DNA of 61,923 bases, filler included, from Sphacelaria rigidula (Eukaryota), in the NCBI GenBank assembly GCA_964200075.2. It is 9 parts of 9 records of this genome, joined end to end, with 100 filler letters (N's around TTAATTAATTAA, not from the genome) between each part and the next. Parts side by side here need not be neighbours in the genome. Positions count along the whole stretch, not along the records: positions 34,460 to 41,250 come from CAXNAA020018062.1; positions 41,351 to 48,141 come from CAXNAA020018063.1; positions 48,242 to 55,032 come from CAXNAA020018064.1; 6 more parts are not named here. The stretch is one strand, 5' to 3'. The position numbers and the translations under genes were made by a program. Within the stretch, counting starts at the first letter, position 1, and each line of letters begins with the position of its first letter. A model generated the notes under the pieces. It did not search any database and was not told the origin of the DNA. It was given only the letters and a program-made list of their open reading frames with translations. Positions 38,501-50,960 of the stretch are shown piece by piece.

Positions 38501-40047
38501 TATGGTTACCGTCTTCTTTATCGCTACGGCGAGACAGAACGCCGCACAGACTTCGACGCTGGGCGTAATCATCTTTGTCAGGCTTGGTCGAGATCACGAC
38601 GTGATACCAGCGTCTTCGCCTCGCAAAGCAGGTCCATGGTGTTCCCACCCCTGGTAAACTTAGCAATGCGAATGAAGTCATCCACCGCAGCCTCACCGAT
38701 CGACAAGCGATCGAACGTCACCCTCACCATTACCGCGAAGAAGATGCTGAGCACATGGGCGATCTCACAGCCTTGGCAGGGGCCCTGATCAACGTCAAAA
38801 TACTCTGAAGTATCGCCGCTGTCAAGGTGTCCGCACGCCCGCATGCTATCGTGGAACTGGCTGACGACGGACATCATCTTGACGGGAACGCCGTATCGTG
38901 CAAGCACCTTTCATAGAAGAGTGTGGTCGACTGAACCGTGCGCCTTCCGGAAGTCAATGAAGCACATGTACAGCGGAAGATTCTTCTCTCTGGCCAGATT
39001 TTAACACCTGCGCACGACGTACATCATGTCGACTGTCGACCGGTGGGGTCGGACATCGCGGTGAGCTTCCGGGAGGATTCTCTTTTATTCGCAATATTTG
39101 CTGAGGCGAATTGTCGCTATCTTCAGAAGCACCTTGCCCTCGTGGGACCCTAGGGAGATGCCGCGGTAGTTGTCGCATTTGTGCGAGTCCTTTTTCTTGA
39201 ACAGCACCGTGATGGCAGCGCCTTTTTATTCTTGAGTCAATCTGCGATACGGGGAGGTGGGGAGGGGGGGGGCGTATTTAGGGCCATTCTTTCCACGAAA
39301 TTCCACTTCAAATCACCGTCGAACGCAGAACCAAGTGTTGGTCGAACGCCCTTGTTACCGATAAATAGCACTCACTCATTTCGCTTGACACGGGTGTTTC
39401 CCAAATAAAAAAGAGTGTGTTGGTCGTCGGACACACCTATGAGTCCATTTGCTCTCGTAGAATCCCCGCCCCCCCCCTCCCTCCTCCCCCCATCGCAGGA
39501 TCATTTTCCTGTGGCACTACTTCCAAACGCCACACAGTAAGCATGAAGCTGTGGAGGCACTTCATTGTGGCAGAGTCCTCGGTCAGGCCGGGCATGAATA
39601 GGTCGTCACACAGGTTGTAAGCCTCAACAGCCTGGTCGTTTGCCAGCTTGCCCGATGCTGCATCCACTTCTTCCATCGAGGGCTCGATCGCGAGCTCTTC
39701 GTTCCCCGGCATCTGTTCGACGGCGTCGATGGCAGAGTTGCTGAGCGTAGACGAGATGATGTCCAAGAGCTTCTCGAACCGCCTTTTCCACCTCTGGAGG
39801 ACGTTGCTTGTCCCGCAACAGCTCGCCAGACGCGCTCATGATGTAGGTTTAGTCACACCCCTTATTCCTTTCCATTTCCAAGGACTTGCTATGCTGGGTA
39901 TACAGCATTTACTGGTCCTTCCTGCGGGGCAACTCCGCTGTCCTGGCGGTGAACTCAAAATATATTACTACGTTGTTTCTCTGAGATCGTCGGTGTGTGT
40001 TTTCAGAGGTTACTGAATGTTTCATGGCCTGTTTGACAAGTCGATAA
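35559..40047 (+). CDS. Tentative exon chain of an unidentified gene, including a 14-nt micro-exon
   Basis: 35559-35572, 35822-35946, 39883-39948 and 40007-40047 are phase-compatible with pyrimidine-rich acceptors. No family recognised. Confidence 0.35.
36197..36502 (+). mobile_element. 5'-truncated family A C-tract element
   Basis: Aligns with 4917-5212. It begins right after cccccctcgcccctcccccc and ends catgagtgcaaccct. Confidence 0.85.
37096..37233 (+). repeat. Tandem duplication of a 69-bp unit
   Basis: ttcagtgcgaatt...gaataagg.gttc...gacttgtcgctgc occurs twice in tandem. Confidence 0.85.
37800..39840 (-). pseudogene. 5'-truncated, degraded non-LTR retrotransposon (RTE-like LINE) reverse transcriptase
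   Basis: Broken frames read [62 protein letters not shown] and QGPCQGC, with many stops and frameshifts. A TIR insert interrupts it at ~39235-39505. Confidence 0.88.
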
Positions 40048-41350
40048 TCCTTCCAAAAGTCAAAGCGGGCGCCCGAAAAAAGTCGTGATTTCCGGCGATA
40101 TCCTAACCCTAACCATAGGGATGTTCAAATTTCGATGCGGTTGTCTAAGCACGCGGTCCTCTCACGCAGTACAGGAGGTACTGCTGAGACGCGCACACCG
40201 CCTTTCGGCGCTGAAGAAGCACTCGTTGCAGAAGAACTCGATGTATCGGCATGTGGGTGATGTGCGGCAAAAATGGGTCGTGACATTGTGGCGCGACAGT
40301 TCGAGGGAAAACAACTTCTCAATTGAAAAAAACTATGAAGAAGAAATGTTGGCGATCCAGCGCTAGTCTTCGCTGTAGTACCGTACAATATAAACAATAG
40401 TACGGGGCATCGCGGATTGTGCCACCCCGGAGAGTCTTGCGGTACTTGTTTTCGGAGAGGGTTGTTAGTGTTAGTGTTGGGGTTAGGGTCAGGGGCGTGG
40501 TACCTGCAGGGACTGGCTCGATTGGTTTTGAGAAACATCTATCCTGGTGTATTTTTACCTACGGCGCGGTCCTCTAAGCACGCGGTCCTCTCACGCATTA
40601 CAGTAGCAACGACCCAGACGAAAAACGGCCGAAAACATGTGCGGGGAAAAACACCACCAAACGAAAATTTCGGACAGCATTCTCTCCATCTCCAGGAGGA
40701 AAATTTTGCCACATACATGCCGTCGCGATGGGCATTAGTTGACATAATATGACATCTGTTTCCCATACTCGAGGCTTTCGTTCAAGCTATGGATCGTTGC
40801 GGACTCCTAGTATATCAAGATATATGTCCCCATATTATCGGCACCAAATCACAGCTTTTCGATGTTTTGCTGTTCTTACAACTCTCGTAACGCGAAAAGA
40901 TGACCCCGATTTGCGTGATGTAATTCAATGCGTTTAAAATAATTCAATGCAAAGGTTACCCTATGGGTGTGGAGCCATCACCGCAGCATGTTGTCTTCTC
41001 CGTGTGGTTCACAATAGCCGACACTCCAGCATTCGTCCCCTGCCCGCAGCTTCCCTCAATTGCTTCTCTTCTGCCTTCAGGCTTGACTTTTTAGGTGAGA
41101 TTGGGTTCGTAGCCATCCAGGTCTAACAGTAGTTTCGTGAGATTGAGAGTGGATGGTGCGATTGAGAGTAGGCTTTTCGAGGCTCTCTGCGGCGGGTTGT
41201 GCCTGCATTAATGGACACAACGCTTATCTCGTACAATGGTGCAATATTCTNNNNNNNNNNNNNNNNNNNNNNNNNNNNNNNNNNNNNNNNNNNNTTAATT
41301 AATTAANNNNNNNNNNNNNNNNNNNNNNNNNNNNNNNNNNNNNNNNNNNN

Positions 41351-41970
41351 CGCCCGCCCTGTCAGCCCCTGCTGCGTCCTCTAGTTCTCAGGCGTTAGCC
41401 GGCCACCACTCGGCAGCACCTTCCGTCGCGGCGTTCAACAACCACCTGGCGGTCTCACCGGGCTCATACGGCGTGCCCTTCATGCAGCAAAGTTCAACAC
41501 CCATCAACCCCGGTCCTCGCACCACGACTCCGGGTCATGCCGTCGCACCCCGCGCGGCAGATTTGCAGCACAAACCCCGGGCACCGCCGTCTAGCAGCGC
41601 TTCGCCGCCACCGACACCCGCCACATCCGCCCAACCAGTCGGTCCGGCCTCTACTCCCGAACCATCCGCACCGCCGATTTCCGCGGGACGCGACGCAGTG
41701 GTTACCTTCTTACGTGATCGTAAAATCTGTTTCGGTTACGCATTCGCCGGCTCGTGCCGTCACCGGGGCAACACCCCCTGCCCCTGGACGCACGGTATCA
41801 TCTCCGCCGCACACTACAGCGGCCTACCGGCCCGCCGCAAGACGGCCATTCCCCAACGCCGGCTAGCCGTGCTCACGGAAGCGCAATACTTGGCGGCAAT
41901 CGACCTGGGTCTCATCGGCGAAGGCGACGACGATGACGGCGAGGAAAAGCTGCCGCTGGAGACACACTAG
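41351..41970 (+). CDS. gag: Ty3/gypsy gag 3' part (Pro/Ala-rich, CCCH finger), cut by the contig start
   Basis: Open frame immediately upstream of the protease, containing CFGYAFAGSCRHRGNTPCPWTH. Confidence 0.65.
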
Positions 41971-42068
41971 CCGACGCGTGAAGGCGCGCCCCAGGTGAAA
42001 TTGACCTGGGGAACCTCCGCCGACCCAGCGCCACCACAATATCCCAGCGTCGAGGAAGTCAACTTTGG

Positions 42069-45000
42069 GTGACAGGCGAGATCTGGCACCGACGGCGTCT
42101 CCGTCGGCCGTGGCCGATAGAAGTCTTGCTGGACACGGAAGCGGGAGGAGGAAACTATATGTCAGGAGCGTTATGGCGCAGCTTACACAAGGTCAACATC
42201 CTGGACGATACGCCAAACCCTGAGGCGGCAGTTGTTCTCCGTGCAGCTAACCCATCCCAGAGTAAGGTTCCCCCAATGCGCATAATCGGTTCCGTGACTG
42301 TGCCCTTGCTTTTGACCTCCGACTCACGGGTCCGTAATGTACCAGTGTGAGTAGTGGAGGGCCTACCGTACGGCTTCATTTTACGTGCATATTATTTTCA
42401 GTACAATAACAGTATCCTAGATTTCGCCCCAGGAAAAGGGTTCCGCCCCTCGCCAGCGGCACCATGGATCCCGTTCCTGACGAGCGAAAATCCCACCTAC
42501 CACATTCAAGATATATTAGTAGCCCTGTACACCGCGACGGAAACCACCACCCCCCTAGCTGCGCTCGCTTGTCCGTCCATCCACAACTATCCCAGCTACC
42601 GTGACATAGCTTGGGAAGACGACAGTACCCTAGAGTGGAAGCTGCGCTTGGTCGGACAAACGATCACGCTCAGCGGCTTTATCAGCGCCGCGGTAGAAAC
42701 AGCCGCGATTGGTCCTCAACCACAGGATAAGCAGCTTGTGCTTGTACTCCCACAAGCAAAGTTCGACCTGGACACGGGGGCAGAGATGGGGATCGCGAAG
42801 GGAGTATCGTGGTGGCAGCCCGGGTCGCCGATGTACTGTAAACCTGTACATAAAAGTAAGGAGCAGGTGGCGGTGAAACCTACTGGCACGGTCGCGCGTA
42901 TGATAGCACTGAACGTACGCGATCCCGCCAGCTTTTTCTCACTGTTTGACCCCCATCCGTCTACGACAGACCCCCCGTGGACCCCCCACCCCGCGCCTCA
43001 CATTCAGACAGTAGTTGCTCGGCCCAACGAAATCCTAAGGTCAACGTGAAAGACGCCAACATGGGGCAGCTTGGAGCAGCGGAAAAGAGAGAGATGGTAG
43101 ACACGCGCTGCTGAGCTTCATCGAAGCTGGCCTATTCCCCACGGACCCCAAGCGGGTTCCCGCTTGAATCAACGGTGAGCTCGAACTCCCCCTAACTAAC
43201 GAGTCATGTACGCCATTCGCAGCTGAGCAACGTCGATTTTCCCCGGAGGAACGTCACATGGTCCGCGAAGAGATACGTAAGCTTCTTGACCGTGGGATCA
43301 TTCGACCCTCAACCTCCCCGTGGGCAGGCAGCCCAATGCCTATGCGTGAAGAAAAAAGACGGCACCCTGCGCTTGTGCATTGATTGGTGTGAACTGAACA
43401 AACTCTTAGTGTCGGACAGCGGGGGTCTCGGGGATATGCAATCCATTTTCGACGGCCTTAAAGGTAAGCGTTACTTCACCCAACTCGACCTGGCCTCCGG
43501 TTTCCACCAAATCGAGATCGCCGAGAAAAATCGATTTAAAACGGCGTTCCGAGACGCAGATGGCCTCTTATACGAGTTTACACGAGCAGGCTTTGGTCTA
43601 ACAGTCCTACCCGCCGCATTCACCCGTCGGGTAAAAGGTATGGTGGGACAGCTGGATGGAGTGTTCACTTGGCTTGACGATATTCTTATCACGACCACAT
43701 CCTGGGACGAGCATCTAGCCCTACTCGTGATCGTATTACAACGCTTGTTGGTCGCGGGATTCTCGGTGAACTGCGCCAAGTGCATTTTTGCATCGGCGTC
43801 GCAAGAGTTTCTGGACTTGCTGGTAGATAGCAGCGGCCTTCAGCCCGCGCCATCCAAGCTCGCCGCCATCGCCGAGATGCCCAGACCATCCACCGTTGAG
43901 AAACTACGTACCTTTCTCGGCCTCACAGGGTGCCTGCGCCAGTTTGTGGAGAAATACAGCCTAGTAGTCGCCCCACTAACCGATTTGTTCCGCAACAAAG
44001 ATTTAACATCCAAGCGTGCACGAAAGCTGTCGATAGCTTGGAATACCGAGCAGGAAGAAGCGTTCCAAGCCCTCAAAGCGGCCTTGTCCTCGCCGAAGGT
44101 ACTAGCCTTCCCCGATCCCAACAATTCGTGTATACTGCAGACGGACGCGAGCGAGATGGGGGCTGGAGCGGTGTTGCTGCTGCCGGTGGGGTGCGAAACA
44201 CGTATTGTATCATTTGGCAGTCATCGACTCTCTCGTAACGGCTCGCGCAGAGCACCCACAGCGCGAGAGTGCATGGCTGTCTTGTGGGCTGTCCAACACT
44301 ATAGACCATACTTGGCGGGAAGAAGGTTCACGTTGATCGCGGACTGTTCGGCACTCATATGGTTGTTCCGTAGCCGCGATCTCTGCCCCAAGTTACACAG
44401 GTGGGCCTTGCAGCTAATGGAACATGACATCGACCTCCAGTGGCGGGAAGGGTCCCAACATGTACTGCCAGATGCCCTGTCCCGACTACCACACGCGAGT
44501 GAGCCACAGCCCGACATTGATGACTCCTTTCCGGATGATTTCACGTCGGGCTCGCCGACACAATTTGTAGGCCCTCAGGGACCTCAACTCGCGGGACAAC
44601 GACTGTCGGACCTACAACCAGAAGGAGCGGATACGTCAGTAAGTGCAGACACAGGTATGCACTCATCGTCGAATGCCAACGATTCACTGGGCATCGCCAC
44701 CCTGAGTCTACTCCCTTTCTCAGAATGCGCAGTCATCAATGATAACCAACCCATGTGCCGTTCAACTCGTGTCCGCAGACCGTCAGTACGCCTGCAACCC
44801 CCCGATGCCGCGTACACAACATCTCTGCCTTTCACTCCTCAAGTAATCGACCCGGATCCGCCCGCAGAGCCAACGCCGAATGAAGTACCGCTACAGGTGC
44901 CGAAACCGATCATCCCCCCGACCACCGGTGAAAGGGTAGAGGTGGGTGAAGTGCTCCTAGCCGGGGGAGAAATGCCTACGGGGTTAACAGATCTGGACTT

Positions 45001-46841
45001 GACGGACACAACGGCGATCGAGCGTGCACTACGGATACTCACCAACGTGAGCAATCTCCGGCACCACCAACAAAGAGATCCCTTTCTCAAACAGGTGCAG
45101 TCAGATCTTGCATGCAGCGAAACACCAGAGACGGTGAGTGAGAGACGGTCAGATTACAAAATAGACGAGCAAGGTATACTGTGGTACCGAGCAGCCGACG
45201 ATAAGGAGCTGCTAGCGGTGCCGAAAACGATGGTAGATGACCTGTTGGTACTCGTGCATACCCTTCATGGACATGTCGGAGTAGGCGCCACCCTTGCTCT
45301 GATACACGATCGCTTCCATTGGCCCACCATGACACGTGACACCAGACAGTACGTGCTATCGTGCAGCTGTAGACGACGCAAGAAGGCAAATAGCCGTCAA
45401 ATGGCGATGAAACCGTGGCGCACTTTACACCCATGGGCTGAGTTGGAAATCGACCTACTAACCATTGATATGATGTCGCACTCGCGCAACAAGTACATTT
45501 TGCTGGTACTTGACCGCGCCTCCCGATTCCCGTTCGGGTTTCCTCTGCCATCAAAGGAAGCGGACGAGGTCGCACGCATCGTAGCAGAGTTGTGCCTAAC
45601 GTTTGGTGTCCCACAAATGATCCGCTGCACCAGGGGCAAAGAGTTCAGGGCCGATGTCGTCACGCATCTGTGCCGGTGGTTGAAGGCAGACATCGTTTTT
45701 GGGCTGTCGGACCACTCACGCGGTGAGAGAGCGGTCGAGCGACTTGGGGGATGGCTGTTGGACATGCTATCGGAACTATGTAGGCTGTGGCCCCAGAGGC
45801 GGGATGAGTATGTCTCACCCGCCCTCTGGATCATGCGCACATTGCCCGACACATCGCTCCCCTCTAACTTGTCCTCTTTGGAGCTCCTGTTCGGTCGCAA
45901 ACCGCGCACATCACTAGACTCGCTCGTGCCTCTCTCACAAGAAGCAGAACCGAGCAAGGGACTAGGTGCCTTCGTTGAACATCGCAGACAGAACCTCCGT
46001 GAGGTCAGGATGGCGATGGACAAGAAGCAGGGGGCAAAAGCAGCGTCGCGGGAGAAGGACAATGCAGCCATCTCGAGGCCATCAGGAGGCGTGTCGGTCA
46101 CGGAAGGGGATCTGGTCATGGTGAGGGAGAGTAAAAGCTCCACGTATCGAGATGGCAGGGGCAGGAAGCTGCAGCACGACAGGTACACAGGGCCCTGGAC
46201 GGTGAAAAGGTACTGATGGTCGGGCACAGTCTCGAGGTAGTGATGCAAAGACGAAAACTACGTACTCGCACAGTAGCCCCGTCTGATGTCAAACCGTACC
46301 ATGTACGACCGCCGCACTTGAGACACTCCATTGCCGACAGTTCGCCCAGTTCGCATGGGGATCGGACTCCGAGATATCGTCTCCGCCTAACTCCCCACCC
46401 CGCCTTCTTACCCTAGTGAACCGCCGCGAGTGCAAATCGGGGAGAGGTGCTGGTTGGGAGTATCAAGGAAGGACGCGGGAGGGGGCGACGTCAGATTGGC
46501 TTCCGGAGAGCAAAATCCTGGAAAGCTTCACACCTCTGCAACTGGATGGTTTCCACGCACTGTGGTGTCTTTACCACCCCCCTAAGACACCAGGTACGCC
46601 ATCTCGCCCGAGCATCCGCCAGACCCCCCTGTCACGCAGTGACGCCCTGAACTTGTTCCCCATAGGTTATACGTTCTGGAAGAACTTCGGCGGGGTCAAG
46701 CAGAGAGGACAAGTGTTCGACTATGGCAAGCGTTTCTGGAGAGTGCGATACGACGACGGGGACTGGGAAGAGTTGTCACAGAGAGAACTCCAACAGCTAA
46801 CGCAGTCGAGCGAGACGGCAACACCGCCAGTGACGAACTAG
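42069..46841 (+). pseudogene. pol: gypsy pol: protease, RT, RNase H, integrase, chromodomain and Tudor-like domain, with stops and frameshifts
   Basis: VLLDTEAGGG; LRLCIDW; LDLASGFHQI..KTAF; WLDDILI; LQTDAS; ECMAVLWAVQHYRPYL; H-x3-H..CSC; DLL..VLDRASRF..AVER; YTGPWTV. In-frame TGA at 42348-42350. Frameshifts near 43030-43110, 43320, 46210 and 46340. Confidence 0.92.
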
Positions 46842-49800
46842 GAAGCGGCGCAATTGGAAAAGAAAAAAGACAAAAAGAAAGAAAAAGAAAGAGAAAGGCA
46901 CTAGATGGGACAAAACGTAGAAGCAGCAACCCTTCAGCACGGTACCTTTGAGAGTGTGTCGTCTACATCGTATTGTCTCCGGTTTTTCTTTCTCTTTTCA
47001 TACGTATATAGTGGAGGAAGTACGAGTCTTGTCTTGAGTTTTTCCCTTAGTTCTTTCCACCCCCCCCTTTTTGTTCTCTCGTCCCCTTTTCCTTTTTAGT
47101 TTTGACATATATAGTCTGGCGAACGGAGCTCGCTGTATTAGCCGTTTCTTTTTCTTTATTTCAAGTCTCCCCTGGGTTCCATAGCCGCTTTTGCTTGTTT
47201 TCTATAGCCTTTTCTGGTCCTATAGCGCCTACGCAGCTCCTCTGTTTCTTGATTTTCTCGTCTCGAATCGATGCAGAGTTGCGGCACCCTTTTCCTGGCT
47301 GTGTACTATTGCTTTATATATATAAATATGTTATTTTTTGTTTTGTTTTTTTGTTGTTGTTCGCCTCTTTGTTTCCGTTGTGGTCAGTCCTAGTTCCGCT
47401 CCACGTTTGTTTCTCTTTATTTTTGATATCTGTGAATGCGGATCCGACCTTAGGGTGCCCCACTCTTTTATAGAGAAAAATCATGTAGAATTAGCATTGT
47501 GCAAGAAGGGGGGGCACGGAGTTCCCGCCTGGACACTGTATCATGACAGAACTCTTAAATATTAGAGCCCCCGGTGTCCAGTAGGTCGGCGGTTGCTGGT
47601 CGACGGGAGAAAGCCTACGCCCTCCCATCAGCCAGCAAACGGATTGGTTTTTTTTTAGTGGGTCAGCTTTTTGCGAGTCCCACACTACTCAGGATCGATC
47701 TAATCGATCACGGGTGTCTAAGCGCCGTTACCACCTGAGGATGGTTTTTTACTATTCTCAGGGGTTTCTGTTTCCAGTGTAACTGGGATCCCGGGACGAC
47801 ATAGCGCATGCGAAAGCACGCGCTATGATCCGAAAGGACGTGAGAGATTTTTTCCCAAATGATGAGGCATTTTCCATGAATACCAGGTTTGGCCCATCTT
47901 TTTATTTCATGACGAGTTTTTCCCGTGGTCATCGCTAGCCTTGAAATTCCGTGGTTTTCTCGTCGATATAAGGCTGATGGCATGTATTTGAGTGGATCTT
48001 TTTCGGTATGAAATGAAGTGATATCCCCTACTTTACATTACAGCGTACACAAAGCAAGAGAGGGGGGTGTGACGGCGGATATCAGTCGCTTATATAGAAG
48101 GCGTTCTCGATGTGCGTGATATGGGCGATAGGTCGTATTCCNNNNNNNNNNNNNNNNNNNNNNNNNNNNNNNNNNNNNNNNNNNNTTAATTAATTAANNN
48201 NNNNNNNNNNNNNNNNNNNNNNNNNNNNNNNNNNNNNNNNNGGTAGTGGTGGTGCTTGGTTGTGGATGAGCTGCTGTGGGCTGTGGTGTGCGTCGGCGGT
48301 TGTGGATGAGCGTGTGTGCGGCAAGCTGTAGTCGCTTGCTTCATCGTGCAGCGGTTGACAGGATTCAGATTTGAACCTTAGCTAAAAATGCCTGTCCAAG
48401 ACGCTGCAACTCTGTTTTTTTTTTTAGTTGCTGTGAGAAGTGGTCGATCAAAAAATACGTCACGTTTTTGTCTGGACAAAAAGTGGGGAAAAATATTTAT
48501 TCTGAGGGTGATTTTTGTTTATTATAGGAAGCGGCCTTAGTAGACAACGGAAAACAGAGTTTTGGAGAAAATGTACATAGCACCACGAGGTATCTCCGAT
48601 CACACAGCATATTCCCACCTTCCCAGGGGCTTCACACGAAGCACAGGTGTGGACATACCCACGTATCCAATGTGTGGGATCTCTGTTCAGCGACAGCGGT
48701 AGAGAGCTATTCATCCTTCAGCCAATGTGTACATGGACTCGGGGGTAAAAGGATGAATACCTTTCAGCAACTTTTTCTGCGTGTCGGATCCCATGTACCG
48801 GTGACGACGCAGTATGGGGGATTTGCCCAGCAGCTAACGCTGCTCGCCATGAATTTCGTTTCCCCCAATCTTTGGATGAACTGGAGGGAAAAGTAAATAT
48901 TCATTTCGAGCTTCTCCTGCCGGTCAAATTCCGAATCTGCCAGTGTGCATGGGATTTGCGTAGCAAAAGGAGCTGTTCGAAATAGATCGTTTTTTCGCCC
49001 ATCTCGCGAAAATGGGCGAAAGAAGGATCGACATTGAACAGCTTCTTCTGCTGTTCTAAATATATCCTTTCCTTTGCCGAAATTAATCGGGCGAGAAAAG
49101 GATATGTTGTGGATCTAGCTTGATCTGCTGTCCAAAATAAATTCGTTTTCGCTCGACTCAAATCGGGTGAAGAGGAATTTACCTCGGACAGGAGGACAAG
49201 GTATTGAAGATATTTATAGATTTTGTACCAAAACATTTGGAATTTTCGAAAAAAAAAAACACTTGAGGTTTTTTCACCAAAACACTGCCACATAACTGTG
49301 CAGGGCTTTGCCGACGTGCCTACACAGGGCTGCAAATCCAACCCTGGGGAAAACCCTATCAAAACGCTGCCACCGGTACAGATTTTGCATTTCACTGTTA
49401 GGGTTTTTTCACAAAGACTGTGGAGGACCCTGTACGGACCCTGCACAGTGCGCGCCACAGGGTGCTATCTGTCCACGTGTGCCGTGACTGGGAGGAAGCC
49501 TCTGGAGCAGCAATGTAACCTTGTCGTGATTGCAGGCAGATTCACAGGTTACACCATCTTCTCAGATGTCTAGCAAACCGCCATTGGGTACGATTGGTGG
49601 AGCCGCTGTCGATGCCCGATCTCACCCGTTATCCCGAGTTGGCTTTCGTTGCGCTTAGTGGTCGTCCCTGGAGTTTGCCATCGCAGGGTTCTCAAGACAG
49701 GTGTACCTGGGGTGTACTTTCGTGCGTCAGGCAATGGCTGTAGCAAAATATCTGCAAAAACAAACACCATGGACGGGTGGGACTATACGCTTGCTAATAT

Positions 49801-50960
49801 GAAAGTGGCAGAAACAAACAGGGAAAATGGCTGTAGAGTAAAATTTCCACGGGGAGTAGAGAGAACATAACTGAAAATGTAGAAAGAGAGGAGACAAACG
49901 GCAGAACATCAAGGGGTAGCATACGGCAGACGGGGGGGTGAAAGGAAAACAAAATCAGTGAGTCGGTGAACGGAGAAAATGATTCCAATAGTGCATCGTG
50001 GGCTACGACTGCTAAATGCGGACGATGAGGGAAAGGGACCACTAGTATGAAACAGTGTGATGACGAAAAAAATAAATAAAAAAGCAAGAAAAATACCAGC
50101 GGAAAAGGAAATAAACGTGGGGAGAAAGTCGCAAAAATAGAAAAGTGGCAGAGTAGGAAAGACATGACTAATACAAAATAAAACATATAGAGGAGGGCAA
50201 GCGGTAGAAAAGAAAACGTATGAAAAAGGCCGCAAATAAGGACAGTATAGTAGTGAAAGAGATGACCAATGATGGAAAAAAAGGGAAGAGAGAGGAAGCG
50301 GAGAGGGGATCAGGAACAAAAAAACAAAGAGAACAAAAGGAGGAAAACCCCACATCATTGGCATGGTATGATGCGATACCAACGACCATGGTATGACTCA
50401 CGGCATTGCGCAGGCACGTTCGGGGCGACAGGAGCGAGCAAAATCGAACAGCAAAAGCGGCAGGGGCGGACGGGGGGCGTAATATTAGTGCGTATTCTTC
50501 CGATGTTCGTGTGCAATGCCGTAACCTCAAAAAAATCAAGACGTGAATAGTAGATAAAAATAGAATGAAATAAAAAATAAAAATAAAAATAAAATGGAGG
50601 TCATTGTGAAGAGAAGAGTCGAACGCAACACTACAGTAGAGAAAGGGTGGGCAAAACAATATCATCAAGGCGTAAGCCCTGCACGTAATATCTTAGACAA
50701 CCGATGTGTCTACTGCTGCCGAGCAACGGCACTGGTTGCCCCAAGTTTCCCGGCGTGAAGACACCCATGTAGTGACGGTTCTCTGAAGTGTAGTGACGGC
50801 CCCATGAAGTGTTGTGACGATCCCATGTAGTGGCGACACAACGAAAATGCAGTGGCGACATGTTGTGGCGTGGAGCGGAAGCGAATCCATACGACTTGAC
50901 CCGCGCAATAACTTTTCACAATGCCGCACATCAATCAATCATACTATTATAGGGACCATT

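Larger units (their letters stand above)
41351..48141 (+). mobile_element. Ty3/gypsy LTR retrotransposon (chromodomain-bearing), partly decayed
   Basis: Domain order is gag-PR-RT-RH-INT-chromo. A ~1.2-kb T-rich 3' region follows, then PPT aagagagggggg (48056-48067) and an LTR starting TGTGAC at 48068. Confidence 0.93.

Noticed and set aside
25722-40047. One long plus-strand gene across three segments
   Set aside because: Phase-0 compatibility across spacers is uninformative, so these are treated as three separate fragments.
45397-46248. 283-aa minus-strand ORF and similar long ORFs in the track
   Set aside because: These are antisense shadows of pol/LINE frames or translations of microsatellites, poly-G and T-rich tracts.
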